64,000 nucleotides of DNA from Candidatus Aminicenantes bacterium (GTDB taxonomy: Bacteria > Acidobacteriota > Aminicenantia > Aminicenantales > Saccharicenantaceae). The notes below the pieces were generated by a model. The model ran no database searches, was not told the origin of the DNA, and was given only the letters and a program-made list of their open reading frames with translations. Each line of letters begins with the position of its first letter. Positions within the stretch are counted from its first letter, which is position 1. This document shows positions 51,752 to 60,896 of the stretch, piece after piece. The stretch lies in the NCBI GenBank assembly GCA_963809345.1, contig CAWEJF010000005.1, positions 12,118 through 76,117 on the forward strand, in the 5' to 3' direction. Made by a program: the position numbers and the translations under genes.

Positions 51752-52439
51752 CCGCGTCCTCGTCGCCGAAGGCCTGGGCAAGACCTACCCCCTGCCCAAG
51801 GGCGAGCTCCGCGTCTTCGAGGGGCTCGATTTCGAGCTCGAGCGGGGCGAGCTTGCGGCGATCATGGGCGTGTCGGGCGTGGGGAAGACGACGCTCCTCA
51901 ACCTTCTCGGCGGGCTCGACCGTCCGACCGAAGGCCGTGTCCTCCTTGACGGCGAGGACCTCTTCATCGGGACCGACCGGGACGTGGCTTCGGTCCGCAA
52001 CCGCAAGATCGGCTTCGTCTTCCAGGTCTACCACCTCCTGCCCGAATTCACGTCCCTCGAGAACGTCAGCTTCCCCCTGATGATCGGGGGCGTCAGCCGG
52101 AAGGACGCGTTCAGACGGGCCCTCGAGATGCTCCGCGAGGTCGGCCTCGAGGATAAGGCCTCTTCGCGGCCGGGGCAGCTGTCGGGCGGCGAGCAGCAGA
52201 GGGTGGCCATCGCCCGGTCGCTCGTCAACGGTCCCCGCCTGCTCCTGGCCGACGAGCCGACCGGCAACCTCGACTGGAGGACGGGGGAGAGGGTCCTCCG
52301 CCTCGTCCTTGACCTCCACGAGCGGAAAGGGCTGTCCTCGATCCTCGTCACCCACAACGAAAAGATCGCCCGCTATTGCCATAAAGTCTACATGATGGAA
52401 GCGGGGACGATGAAACGCCTGGACGCGCTCCCGAGTTAA
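51744..52439 (+). CDS. lolD: lipoprotein-releasing system ATP-binding protein
   Basis: 231 aa. Walker [10 protein letters not shown], signature LSGGEQQR, Walker [13 protein letters not shown]. 8-bp overlap with the permease gene. Confidence 0.85.
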   Translation: MSDRVLVAEGLGKTYPLPKGELRVFEGLDFELERGELAAIMGVSGVGKTTLLNLLGGLDRPTEGRVLLDGEDLFIGTDRDVASVRNRKIGFVFQVYHLLPEFTSLENVSFPLMIGGVSRKDAFRRALEMLREVGLEDKASSRPGQLSGGEQQRVAIARSLVNGPRLLLADEPTGNLDWRTGERVLRLVLDLHERKGLSSILVTHNEKIARYCHKVYMMEAGTMKRLDALPS

Positions 52440-52528
52440 TGAAAAGGGGAGCGTCCCGCCGGCCCTGCCGCGCGCCTGCGCTTTGACCATTCCGGTCCGA
52501 TATGGTATATGAGTGAAGGATATCTGAC

Positions 52529-54847
52529 ATGAAAAAGGCCGTTCTCCTCCTCGGACTTCTCGGATTCCTCGTCCTTCCCGTCTTCCTGGCCGCCCAGGAC
52601 GTCGTGGAGAAGGTCGAGGTCGTCGGCAACGACCGCGTGACGACTGAGACGGTCCTCTACTACCTGACCGTCAGGGAGGGGGATTTGTACAGCGTCGACC
52701 AGTTCCGCCGGGACTTCCGGGTCCTCTGGTCGACGGGGTTCTTCGCGAACATCACGTTCGACGAGACCCAGGGGACGCGGGGCAAGATCGTCAAGGTCAC
52801 CGTCGAGGAGAACCCCGTCGTCCGGGCCGTTTCCTTCAAGACGGGGAAAAAGGTCAAGGAAAAGGACATCGTCGATAAGCTCAAGGAGAAGGATCAGTCC
52901 ATCCTGCCCTATTCCTACTACAGCGCCCACAAGGTCCAGCGCATCAAGGACACCATCACCGAGCTCCTCTATGAGAAGGGCCTCCTGGCCTCGAAGATCG
53001 AGACTGAGGCGGTCAAGCAGGGGAAGAACGAGGTCGACGTCCAGATCCGGATCGACGAAGGGCCTAAGCTCCGGGTCGGCGAGGTCGTCTTCGACGGCGG
53101 CCTCAAGGTCCCGGCGAGCACGCTCAAATGGTCGATGAAGGACAACCGGCCCCATAGCCTCTTCAACTGGATCGCCGGCAAGGACGTCTTCAAACAGAAC
53201 AAGCTCGAAGAGGACATCGACGTCATCAAGAAGAAGTACCAGGAGCTCGGCTACATGGAGGCCTCCGTCGGCCAGCCGCGGACCGAGGAGTTCGTCCGCC
53301 GGTCGGTCCTATTCAAGAAGCAGAAGATGATCCGGATCGTCTTCCCCGTGACGCCCGGATACCTCTACCGGACCGGCGAGGTCAAGATCGAGGGCAGCAA
53401 GGCCCTGAACGTCAAGAGCATCCTCAGCCTGGTCAAGCTCAAGGCCGGCGCGATCTACAGCACCAAGGACCGGGAGAAGAGCATCGAAGACATGGGCGAG
53501 ACCTTCCGGGACTTCGGCTTCGTCTACGCCCAGATCATCCCCGTCGAGAACCTCGATCCGAAGAACAAGATCGTCAACGTCACCTTCAACATCAACGAGG
53601 GTGAGATCGCCTACCTCAACCGGCTCGAGTTCCGGGGCAACGCTTATACGAAGGACAAGGTCATCCGCCGGGAGATGATCATCCGCGAGGGGGACCGGTT
53701 CAGCTTCAGCCTGTTCAAGAACAGCATCCTGAGGATCAAGCAGCTGGGGCTCGTTGACCTCGAGAAGGACCCCGATATCAAGCCGAACCCCGACGATCCA
53801 ACCAAGATGGACGTCCAGGTCAATGTCAAGGAGATGCAGCGCAACAACATCCAGTTCACCGCCGGGTACAGCGGCTACGAGGGGCCCTTCATAGCCTTCA
53901 GCTACTCGACGGTCAATTTCCTCGGGGCGGGAGAGAACGTGGAGCTCGCCGTCCAGACGGGCAAGCTCGTCAAGAACTACTCCTTCGGCTTCTCCGAGCC
54001 CTACCTCTTCGACAAGCCGATCACGGCCGGCTTCAATGTCTACGACCGGAAGACGGATTACAGCACCTACGGCCTCTACAAGCAGCTCACAAAGGGCGTC
54101 GACTTGACCTTGGGATCGCGGCTGTTCGGCATGTGGCGGGCCAACCTGACCTACACGATCCAGCGCGTCGAGATGGACTACCCCTCCGGGTCCATGTACG
54201 CGTCCTACTACGGCGCGAGCGGCAAGTACTATGAAAGCTCCATCACGCCGATGATCTGGAGGTCGACGATCGACAGCCCCCTGACGCCGACACGGGGCAC
54301 GTCGTACTCGGCCAGCGTCAAGTACGCCGGCAGCTTCCTCGGCGGCGCGATCGACATGATCAAGCCCCAGCTCGAGTTCACCCATTATCGTCCGGTCATC
54401 GGGCGCGGCACCAAGGCCCACGTCGTCGGCATCCACGCCCAATACCAGTTCGTCAAGACCCTCCATAACTCGATGATCCCCTACTGGGAGAGGTTCTTTC
54501 TCGGCGGCGAGCGCTCCATCCGCGGCTATGAGGTCTACTCGATCGGCCCCCGCGACGCGAGCGGCTACATGGTCGGCGGCGAGAAGGCCCTCGTCCTCAA
54601 CGCCGAGTACATCATCCCGGTCGGCGGCCCGCTCTATGCCATTTTCTTCTATGACCGGGGCAACTCTGTCGACTACGGAACGTCCCTGACCTGGAAGGAC
54701 ATGTACTCTTCGATGGGCCTCGAGGCCCGCCTCTTCATCCCGGCCTTGCGCGTGCCGTTCCGATTGATTTTCTCTTACAATAACAAAAAGATCATGTCGA
54801 CCGACCCGGATTTCGCTTTCCGCTTCGCCGTCGGCACGACGTTCTAG
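52529..54847 (+). CDS. bamA: outer membrane protein assembly factor BamA
   Basis: 772 aa with a signal peptide. POTRA repeats (VEKVEVVGNDRVTTETVLYYL...). C-terminal Omp85 barrel ending FAVGTTF. Confidence 0.9.
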   Translation: MKKAVLLLGLLGFLVLPVFLAAQDVVEKVEVVGNDRVTTETVLYYLTVREGDLYSVDQFRRDFRVLWSTGFFANITFDETQGTRGKIVKVTVEENPVVRAVSFKTGKKVKEKDIVDKLKEKDQSILPYSYYSAHKVQRIKDTITELLYEKGLLASKIETEAVKQGKNEVDVQIRIDEGPKLRVGEVVFDGGLKVPASTLKWSMKDNRPHSLFNWIAGKDVFKQNKLEEDIDVIKKKYQELGYMEASVGQPRTEEFVRRSVLFKKQKMIRIVFPVTPGYLYRTGEVKIEGSKALNVKSILSLVKLKAGAIYSTKDREKSIEDMGETFRDFGFVYAQIIPVENLDPKNKIVNVTFNINEGEIAYLNRLEFRGNAYTKDKVIRREMIIREGDRFSFSLFKNSILRIKQLGLVDLEKDPDIKPNPDDPTKMDVQVNVKEMQRNNIQFTAGYSGYEGPFIAFSYSTVNFLGAGENVELAVQTGKLVKNYSFGFSEPYLFDKPITAGFNVYDRKTDYSTYGLYKQLTKGVDLTLGSRLFGMWRANLTYTIQRVEMDYPSGSMYASYYGASGKYYESSITPMIWRSTIDSPLTPTRGTSYSASVKYAGSFLGGAIDMIKPQLEFTHYRPVIGRGTKAHVVGIHAQYQFVKTLHNSMIPYWERFFLGGERSIRGYEVYSIGPRDASGYMVGGEKALVLNAEYIIPVGGPLYAIFFYDRGNSVDYGTSLTWKDMYSSMGLEARLFIPALRVPFRLIFSYNNKKIMSTDPDFAFRFAVGTTF

Positions 54848-54861
54848 GGAGGTTCCTGACC

Positions 54862-55401
54862 ATGAAACACAACGCTCGCATCTTCGCCTTCATCGCCGCG
54901 GCCGGCCTGGCCGGTCTGGCCATCGCCCAAGAGGGGGCCAAGCTGGGGATGATCAATTCCCAGGAGGTCCTCGAGAAATCCACCGAGGGCAAGAAGGTCA
55001 TCGCCCAGCTCCAAGCCGCCGACAAGAAATACTCGGATGACATCACGCGTCTGGACGACCAGATGAAGCAGCTCCAGAACCGCCTGACGGCCCAGCGCTT
55101 GACCTTGACGGCCGAGGCGGCCGCGGGGATCCAGGCCGAGATCCAGAAAAAGCAGACGGACCGCCAGCGGTTGGTCGAGGACGCCACCCGGGCCATGCAG
55201 GAGCTTCAAGGGAGAACGCTCAGCCAGATCCAGGCGGACCTCATCCCCCTCCTCGAGCAACTCCGAAAGGACAAAGGCCTCGACATCATCTTCGACCTGA
55301 CCAAGAGCGGGACCGTGTTCTTCAATCCCGCCCTCGACCTGACCGGCGAGCTCGTCCAGCGTTACGACGCGATGAAGGCGACGCCGCCGGTCAAGAAGTA
55401 A
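54862..55401 (+). CDS. skp: OmpH/Skp periplasmic chaperone
   Basis: 179 aa with a signal peptide. Coiled-coil-rich (KLGMINSQEVLEKSTEGKK...). Located directly after bamA. Confidence 0.8.
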   Translation: MKHNARIFAFIAAAGLAGLAIAQEGAKLGMINSQEVLEKSTEGKKVIAQLQAADKKYSDDITRLDDQMKQLQNRLTAQRLTLTAEAAAGIQAEIQKKQTDRQRLVEDATRAMQELQGRTLSQIQADLIPLLEQLRKDKGLDIIFDLTKSGTVFFNPALDLTGELVQRYDAMKATPPVKK

Positions 55402-55421
55402 TCCCCGGGGGGAGGCGGGCC

Positions 55422-55877
55422 ATGATCCCGACCGAACAGATCATGAAGCTCCTGCCCCACAGGTTCCCGTTCCTGCTCGTCGACCGCGTCCTCGACATGG
55501 TCCCCGCGAAGGCCATCGTCGCCATCAAGAACGTGACCTGCAACGAGCAGTTCTTCCAGGGCCACTTCCCGGAATGGAAGATCATGCCCGGGGTCCTCAT
55601 CGTGGAGGCCATGGCCCAGGCCGGCGCCGTGCTCCTCTTCAGCTCCATCCCCGATCCTGAGACGAAGTTCGTCGTGCTGAGCAAGGTCGACAGGGCCAAA
55701 TTCAAGAGGATGGTCGTCCCCGGCGACCAGCTCCGGCTGGAGGTCGCCTGGGTCCGGCAGAAAGGCCGGATCATCCAGATGAAGGGGAAGGCGTTCGTGG
55801 AGGGCGACTTGGCCGCGGAGGCGGAGATCTACGCCTCGATCCTCGACGTCTCCGAGGTCAAGTCCCCGCTTACTTGA
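55422..55877 (+). CDS. fabZ: 3-hydroxyacyl-ACP dehydratase
   Basis: 151 aa. LLPHRFPFLLVDRV and FFQGHFPEWKIMPGVLIVEAMAQ signatures. Confidence 0.9.
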   Translation: MIPTEQIMKLLPHRFPFLLVDRVLDMVPAKAIVAIKNVTCNEQFFQGHFPEWKIMPGVLIVEAMAQAGAVLLFSSIPDPETKFVVLSKVDRAKFKRMVVPGDQLRLEVAWVRQKGRIIQMKGKAFVEGDLAAEAEIYASILDVSEVKSPLT

Positions 55878-57306
55878 CCGTTTTGACCAGCTTGCCCGCC
55901 GCCGGCGTGGCTGTGAGCTCCATCCCGTTCATGACGGCGAACTGGGGCCACGACTTCTCGGGCATACCCGATCTCCGGAAGATCGCTTGGAGCGTCTCCC
56001 CGCCGCTGGCCTTGACCAAGGCCAGGCGCTGGGGCGACCGGTTGATCTTCGAAGCGTCGGTCAGGTTCCTGAACGATGTCACGACCGTCCGGAACGCCTG
56101 CTCGTACTTGGAGAATCCGTTGACCGAGCTCATGGCCTGGAACGCGTAGACCCAATCGTCCTTCTTCAGGCAGGACAGGCTCATCCGGACCGGATCCGCG
56201 CCCTGCTGGGCGATCTGATAGGCCTGCTCGTAACAGGCCAGGCCGTTGATCGTCGTCCGGTTCTCGCCCAGGAGCTGGCCGCCGGAGTTGGTGATCTGCG
56301 CGGCCTGCTTCTTGATGAACTCCTCGGCGCTGTCGGTCGTCTTCCCGCCTTGCATGATAACGCCGGCGCTCTGGTCCGGCGCGATGATCATGACCTGGCT
56401 GGGCATGTTCTCGACCTTCCAGCCCGAAGGGACCGCGAACTGGAACCGGAGCCCGGGATGGTAGAAGAACCCGTTCTCGACGTAGCCCTGCCTGGGGTCC
56501 TCGCCGTAGACGATGTTCTGGACCGTTTGGAGGTAGATCTCGGGCCGGCGGGCGAGGGACTGGTCCCCGGGCCGCAGCATCGACTGGACGTGGGCGATGC
56601 GGTCGGGCGTCAGGGGATGGGTCGAGAGGAAGCCGGGCAGGGAGTTGCCGCCTCCCGAGAGGTCGCCCATCTTCTGCAAAGCCACGAACGTGGCGGCCAT
56701 GTCGGCCGGGTTGTAACCGGCCGCCCGGGCATAGTCAACGCCGAGGCCGTCGGACTGGTTCTCGGCGTCGCGGCTGAACTTCAGGAAGAGGACCTGCAAG
56801 CCGGTCCCGGCCAGGCCGGCGTACTTGGCGAACTCCTTGCTGACCACGCTGCCGACGACGAGACCGACCTGGACCACCTGCTGCTTGCTCATCTGGCTCA
56901 TCGAGTGGCGGGCGTTGACGTGACCGATCTCGTGTCCGAGGACGGCGGCCAGTTCCGCCTCCGAGCTCATCATGGCCAGGATGCCCCGGGTGACGTAGAC
57001 GGCCCCGCCGGGCACGGCGAAGGCGTTGACGATGGGGCTGTCGAGCACGGTAAAACGCCAGGGCAGATTGGGCCGCTGGCCCTTGGCGGCCAGGGTCATG
57101 CCCATCTTGCTGACATAGGATTGGAGGGCCTGGTCGTCGTAGACCCCGTAGGTCGCGGCGACCTCGGAGTCCGTCTGCTTGCCGAGCTCGATCTCCTGGC
57201 TTTCGGAGTAGAGCATGAACTCCTTCTTGCCGGTCACAGGGTTCACGGCGCAGGCGATGGCCGCGGCGGTCAGCAATGCGATGGCGGCGATCTTTGTTCG
57301 AGACAT
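55870..57306 (-). CDS. M48-family zinc metalloprotease lipoprotein
   Basis: 478 aa. Signal with Cys (LLTAAAIAC). HExxH in AVLGHEIGHVNARHS. Extra C-terminal domain. Confidence 0.8.
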   Translation of the reverse strand: MSRTKIAAIALLTAAAIACAVNPVTGKKEFMLYSESQEIELGKQTDSEVAATYGVYDDQALQSYVSKMGMTLAAKGQRPNLPWRFTVLDSPIVNAFAVPGGAVYVTRGILAMMSSEAELAAVLGHEIGHVNARHSMSQMSKQQVVQVGLVVGSVVSKEFAKYAGLAGTGLQVLFLKFSRDAENQSDGLGVDYARAAGYNPADMAATFVALQKMGDLSGGGNSLPGFLSTHPLTPDRIAHVQSMLRPGDQSLARRPEIYLQTVQNIVYGEDPRQGYVENGFFYHPGLRFQFAVPSGWKVENMPSQVMIIAPDQSAGVIMQGGKTTDSAEEFIKKQAAQITNSGGQLLGENRTTINGLACYEQAYQIAQQGADPVRMSLSCLKKDDWVYAFQAMSSVNGFSKYEQAFRTVVTSFRNLTDASKINRSPQRLALVKASGGETLQAIFRRSGMPEKSWPQFAVMNGMELTATPAAGKLVKTVK

Positions 57307-57322
57307 GATTCCTCCTCCTCGC

Positions 57323-58081
57323 TCACTTCAAGGTGAAGAGCGCATCGTCCAAATTCGAGTTGTAGGTGACGGACGTCAGGGTCATCCTCTGGGCTTCGGA
57401 GCCGTTGTTGAGGACCCGGACGGAATAAGCGACCATGGTGCCGCCGACCTTCTGATAGTTGGTGGCGTAGGACTCGGCGTCGACTTCGGCGCCGCTCTGG
57501 TCGATGGACCGCGTCACGGTCTTGTAGGGAAGATAGGTTTCGGGATCGAGGTAGAGCTTGGTCTTGTGCCCGTCGGCCCGCGTCTGCTCGAGGATGATGT
57601 AGTCCTTGCCCTCAAGGGCCTCCTTGGGGTTCAGGGCGTAGGTGACGCCTGTCTTCTGCGGGTTGAGCAGGGCCTGGCTCTCCGTGGCCTGCCGGGCCAG
57701 CTCCTTGGCCATGAAATCGGGCATTTCCTCCGTCGCCCCGGTCTGGGGGTTCGTGTACCAGCCCTTCAGGCCATCGAAGGCCTGGATGATGGTCATGTTG
57801 GCTTCGGCGATGGTGATGTCCAGCCGCAGCTTGTCGGGTTCTTTCTGGTAGATGGTGATGGGCACGGTGATGCCATACTGGACGATCTCGGCCGTACCAG
57901 AGACCGTCGTGTCCTTGATGGATTCGAGCAGCTTCCGTCCGCCCATGGCCTCGATCAACTTGTCGACGACGGCCATGGCTTCTTTGCTGCCGGCCGGCCC
58001 GGCCTTCTGTCCGTAGCCGGGAAGCGCGGCGATCGTCACCAGCAGGACGGCCCCAAAAATCAACATTCGTGTTTTCTTCAT
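57323..58081 (-). CDS. secreted protein, possibly LolA-like / outer-membrane lipoprotein-sorting fold (unverified)
   Basis: ORF track 57323..58093. Start at ATG 58081 behind GGAGG (MKKTRMLIFGAVLLVTIAALPGYG signal). Beta-rich, ~250 aa. The family call is a guess. Confidence 0.45.
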   Translation of the reverse strand: MKKTRMLIFGAVLLVTIAALPGYGQKAGPAGSKEAMAVVDKLIEAMGGRKLLESIKDTTVSGTAEIVQYGITVPITIYQKEPDKLRLDITIAEANMTIIQAFDGLKGWYTNPQTGATEEMPDFMAKELARQATESQALLNPQKTGVTYALNPKEALEGKDYIILEQTRADGHKTKLYLDPETYLPYKTVTRSIDQSGAEVDAESYATNYQKVGGTMVAYSVRVLNNGSEAQRMTLTSVTYNSNLDDALFTLK

Positions 58082-58361
58082 CAAAGCCTCCAAAACTAGA
58101 ATTCACCTCATTCTAGATCAAACTCTCGCCCTTGCCAAGCACGCGGGTCATGGAGAAGGCCTGGCCCTGCGCGCGTCATCACGTTAAGCAGTGGTCCCGA
58201 TTAGCCCTCGGCAATGCGGGTGTTTAGCCAGTTCATAAGAAATATTTGTGTCCATACTCAAGACCAACATAATAAATAAATTATGGCAACAATTGGAAAC
58301 GGTCAATTATTAATATGTAATGATATAAGACACACATAATTTGTCAAAGATATTAAAATGC

Positions 58362-58391
58362 TTGACTTATGAAGATTTGCCATGCTATAAT
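58362..58391 (+). promoter_or_regulatory. near-consensus extended -10 sigma70 promoter inside an AT-rich island
   Basis: TTGACT (58362-58367), 18-bp spacer, TGC-TATAAT (58383-58391), about 48 bp upstream of ATG 58439. An AATATGTA repeat (58393-58400) follows directly. Confidence 0.55.
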
Positions 58392-58438
58392 CAATATGTA
58401 CAAAATTAGGACATATTCATACTACGGATGGCGCCGGA

Positions 58439-60889
58439 ATGTCGCATCGACTGAGCCTCATCACCTGCCTGAACTTGGGCGGTGAGGTCCAGGCCGTCCA
58501 GTCGTCCCCCGATCTTCAGAACGTCCGCTTCCGCCTCATTCCCGTCGAGTGCGACATGAGCGAGGCGCCGTGGACGGGACTCGGCGAAGCCGTGGACTCT
58601 TGCCGCAAGGAGGGCTGTCCGGTCGGCCTCGCGGGTGGCTATTGCCTGACACGCCCGGTCAGGGAGCTCGGGCTCGACGGGACCTGCCATCTGGATCAAA
58701 AGAGCCAATGTTTCGAATGGGTCGCGGACAAGGACCTCCTCGACCGGCTGCTCCAGGCCGGCGCGCTTCCGGTCCTTCCCGGCTGGATCAAGGATTGGGA
58801 AGCTCGCGTGGACGCCCGCTGGCCCTCGGATCGTAAGGCCGCTCAGGCCTTCTTCCGCGATGTGGCCCGGAAGGTCGTTCTGCTCGACACAGGCGTCTAT
58901 CCCGGGGTCGACCGCCAGCTCAAATCCTTCGCCCGTTTCGTTCGCCTGCCCTGCGAAGTCCATCCCGTAGGACTGGGCCATTTCCGGCTGATGCTGGAGC
59001 GGACCGTTCTGTCGTGGCGCGTGGACCGGCTCAAGACGGACAACGATGACCGTGAGGCCGTCTTCGGCCGGAGGATCTCCGACTACGCGCGGGTCGGCCA
59101 CCTTCTGAGCGCGGTGACCGGCGTCAAGTCCATGGAAGACGCCGAGGCCGCCATCCTCGAGCTCTTCCGGGTCATGCTCGCTCCCCAGGGCGCGATCTAT
59201 TATTCCCTCGAATTCCTGGCGGGCCGGCCGGCGCCGGAAGGCTCGCCGCTGGACAGGATCGTCGCCCTCAATGCGGATTATGCCTGGACCGACGATCGCA
59301 AGCTGGTCTATCTCAAGATCGCCCACGGCTGCGACGTCCTCGGCGTCATCGAGCTGGCCGGCCTCGCCGGTCCCGAGCGGGGCGATCACGACCTCGACCT
59401 GGCCCTGACCGTGGCCCGGATCTCCGGGCTGGCCCTGGTGAGCGTCCGGATGGCCCGGGCCCTCGAGACCGCCCGCGAAAGGGCCGCCAACGCCGAAGCC
59501 GCCCTGGCCTCGGGCGAAGAGAAGATGACGCGGATCTTCAGCTACCCGCTGGGGAGCTACAGAACGACGCCGCAGGGCAAGATCGTCGACGCGTCGACGA
59601 CCCTGGCCCGTATGCTCGGCTATCCGGACGTCGAGGCCCTCAAAGCGGTCAGCTTCTGGGACCTGCACAGCGACCCCCACGACCGTGACAACAAGCAGGC
59701 CTTCCTCGACTCGACCACCATGATGGGGATCTTCGAATCCCAGCTCCGGCGGACCAACGGCACCCTCTTCTGGGCCGAGGATTCCTGCCGGGCGGCCAAG
59801 GACGCCCGGGGCAAGGTCCTCTACTACGACGGAGTCATCGAGGACATCACCCCGAAGAAGAAGATGAAGGACGACCACTCCTGGGTCGTCGCCCTGCAAG
59901 CCGCCGTCGTTGAGGTCTCCGAGCGGCTACTGTCGCCGACCCCGATCGAGGAGATGTCGAACCTGGTCATGGAACAGGCCCGCCGGCTGACGTCGAGCGC
60001 CTCCGCCTTCGTCGGGCACGTCGACCAGCGGACCGGAAGTCTCGTCCCGGCGGCCCTGACGCCCGACGCGCGGGACATGTTCGAGGCGCATCCTGTGGGC
60101 GACGCCCCGTTCCACGGCAATTCCGGACTGTGGCGATGGGTCCTCGAGAAAAAACGGCCCATCGTGACCACCATGCCCAGCCTGGACCCGCGCTACACAG
60201 GCATGCCACAGTGGCACCTGCCGATCCGCCACTTTCTGGCCGTGCCCGCGATCATGTCGGACGCGATCGTCGGGCTGATCGTCGTCGCCAACGCGGACAA
60301 TCCTTACGTCGAGAGGGACCTCCAAGCCGTCGAGCGCCTGGCCGACCTCTATTCGATCGCCGTTCAAAGGACCTGGACGGAGAACGCGCTGCGAGAGCTG
60401 TCGCTCGTCGACGAGCTGACCAAGGTCTACAACCGCCGGGGTTTCATGACCCTGGCCGAGCAGCAGATCAAGATCGCCCACCGGACGAAGAAGGACATGT
60501 CCCTTTTCTACGCCGACCTCGACGACCTCAAGACGGTCAACGATTCCTTCGGCCACGAGGAAGGCGATGCCGCCCTCGTGGAGGCCGTCGGTCTGTTGCG
60601 CGAAGTCTTCCGCGATTCCGACATCATCGCCCGGATCGGAGGCGACGAATTCGTCGTCCTGGCCATCGATGTCGCCGAGGGGCGGGTGGCGACCATATCG
60701 CGCCGGCTTCGGGAAAAGATCCAGGCCCGCAACGCCCGGACGGGCAGCGCGTATCCCGTGTCCTTCAGCCTGGGGGTCGCCCGCTACGATCCGGACAGGC
60801 CGTGCACCCTCCAGGAGCTCCTGACCGTGGCCGACAAGAGGATGTACCAGGAGAAGGCGTCGAAGAAGAGCGCCTCGGCCGCCGCCTGA
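58439..60889 (+). CDS. multi-sensor diguanylate cyclase (unknown Cys-containing N-domain, GAF/PAS sensor region, GGDEF with I-site)
   Basis: 816 aa. C-terminal GGDEF domain: NRRGF, DLDDLKTVNDSFGHEEGD, RDSD I-site 5 residues before RIGGDEF. PAS-like segment around MTRIFSYPLG..IEDIT. GAF-like segments on either side. The first ~330 aa are not recognised with confidence. Confidence 0.85.
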   Translation: MSHRLSLITCLNLGGEVQAVQSSPDLQNVRFRLIPVECDMSEAPWTGLGEAVDSCRKEGCPVGLAGGYCLTRPVRELGLDGTCHLDQKSQCFEWVADKDLLDRLLQAGALPVLPGWIKDWEARVDARWPSDRKAAQAFFRDVARKVVLLDTGVYPGVDRQLKSFARFVRLPCEVHPVGLGHFRLMLERTVLSWRVDRLKTDNDDREAVFGRRISDYARVGHLLSAVTGVKSMEDAEAAILELFRVMLAPQGAIYYSLEFLAGRPAPEGSPLDRIVALNADYAWTDDRKLVYLKIAHGCDVLGVIELAGLAGPERGDHDLDLALTVARISGLALVSVRMARALETARERAANAEAALASGEEKMTRIFSYPLGSYRTTPQGKIVDASTTLARMLGYPDVEALKAVSFWDLHSDPHDRDNKQAFLDSTTMMGIFESQLRRTNGTLFWAEDSCRAAKDARGKVLYYDGVIEDITPKKKMKDDHSWVVALQAAVVEVSERLLSPTPIEEMSNLVMEQARRLTSSASAFVGHVDQRTGSLVPAALTPDARDMFEAHPVGDAPFHGNSGLWRWVLEKKRPIVTTMPSLDPRYTGMPQWHLPIRHFLAVPAIMSDAIVGLIVVANADNPYVERDLQAVERLADLYSIAVQRTWTENALRELSLVDELTKVYNRRGFMTLAEQQIKIAHRTKKDMSLFYADLDDLKTVNDSFGHEEGDAALVEAVGLLREVFRDSDIIARIGGDEFVVLAIDVAEGRVATISRRLREKIQARNARTGSAYPVSFSLGVARYDPDRPCTLQELLTVADKRMYQEKASKKSASAAA

Positions 60890-60896
60890 CGGCCCC

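Noticed and set aside
58283-58339. 18-codon ORF (MATIGNGQLLICNDIRHT) inside the AT-rich island
   Set aside because: It has no Shine-Dalgarno sequence and lies upstream of the predicted promoter. Such short ORFs arise by chance in A/T-rich sequence. No supporting evidence.
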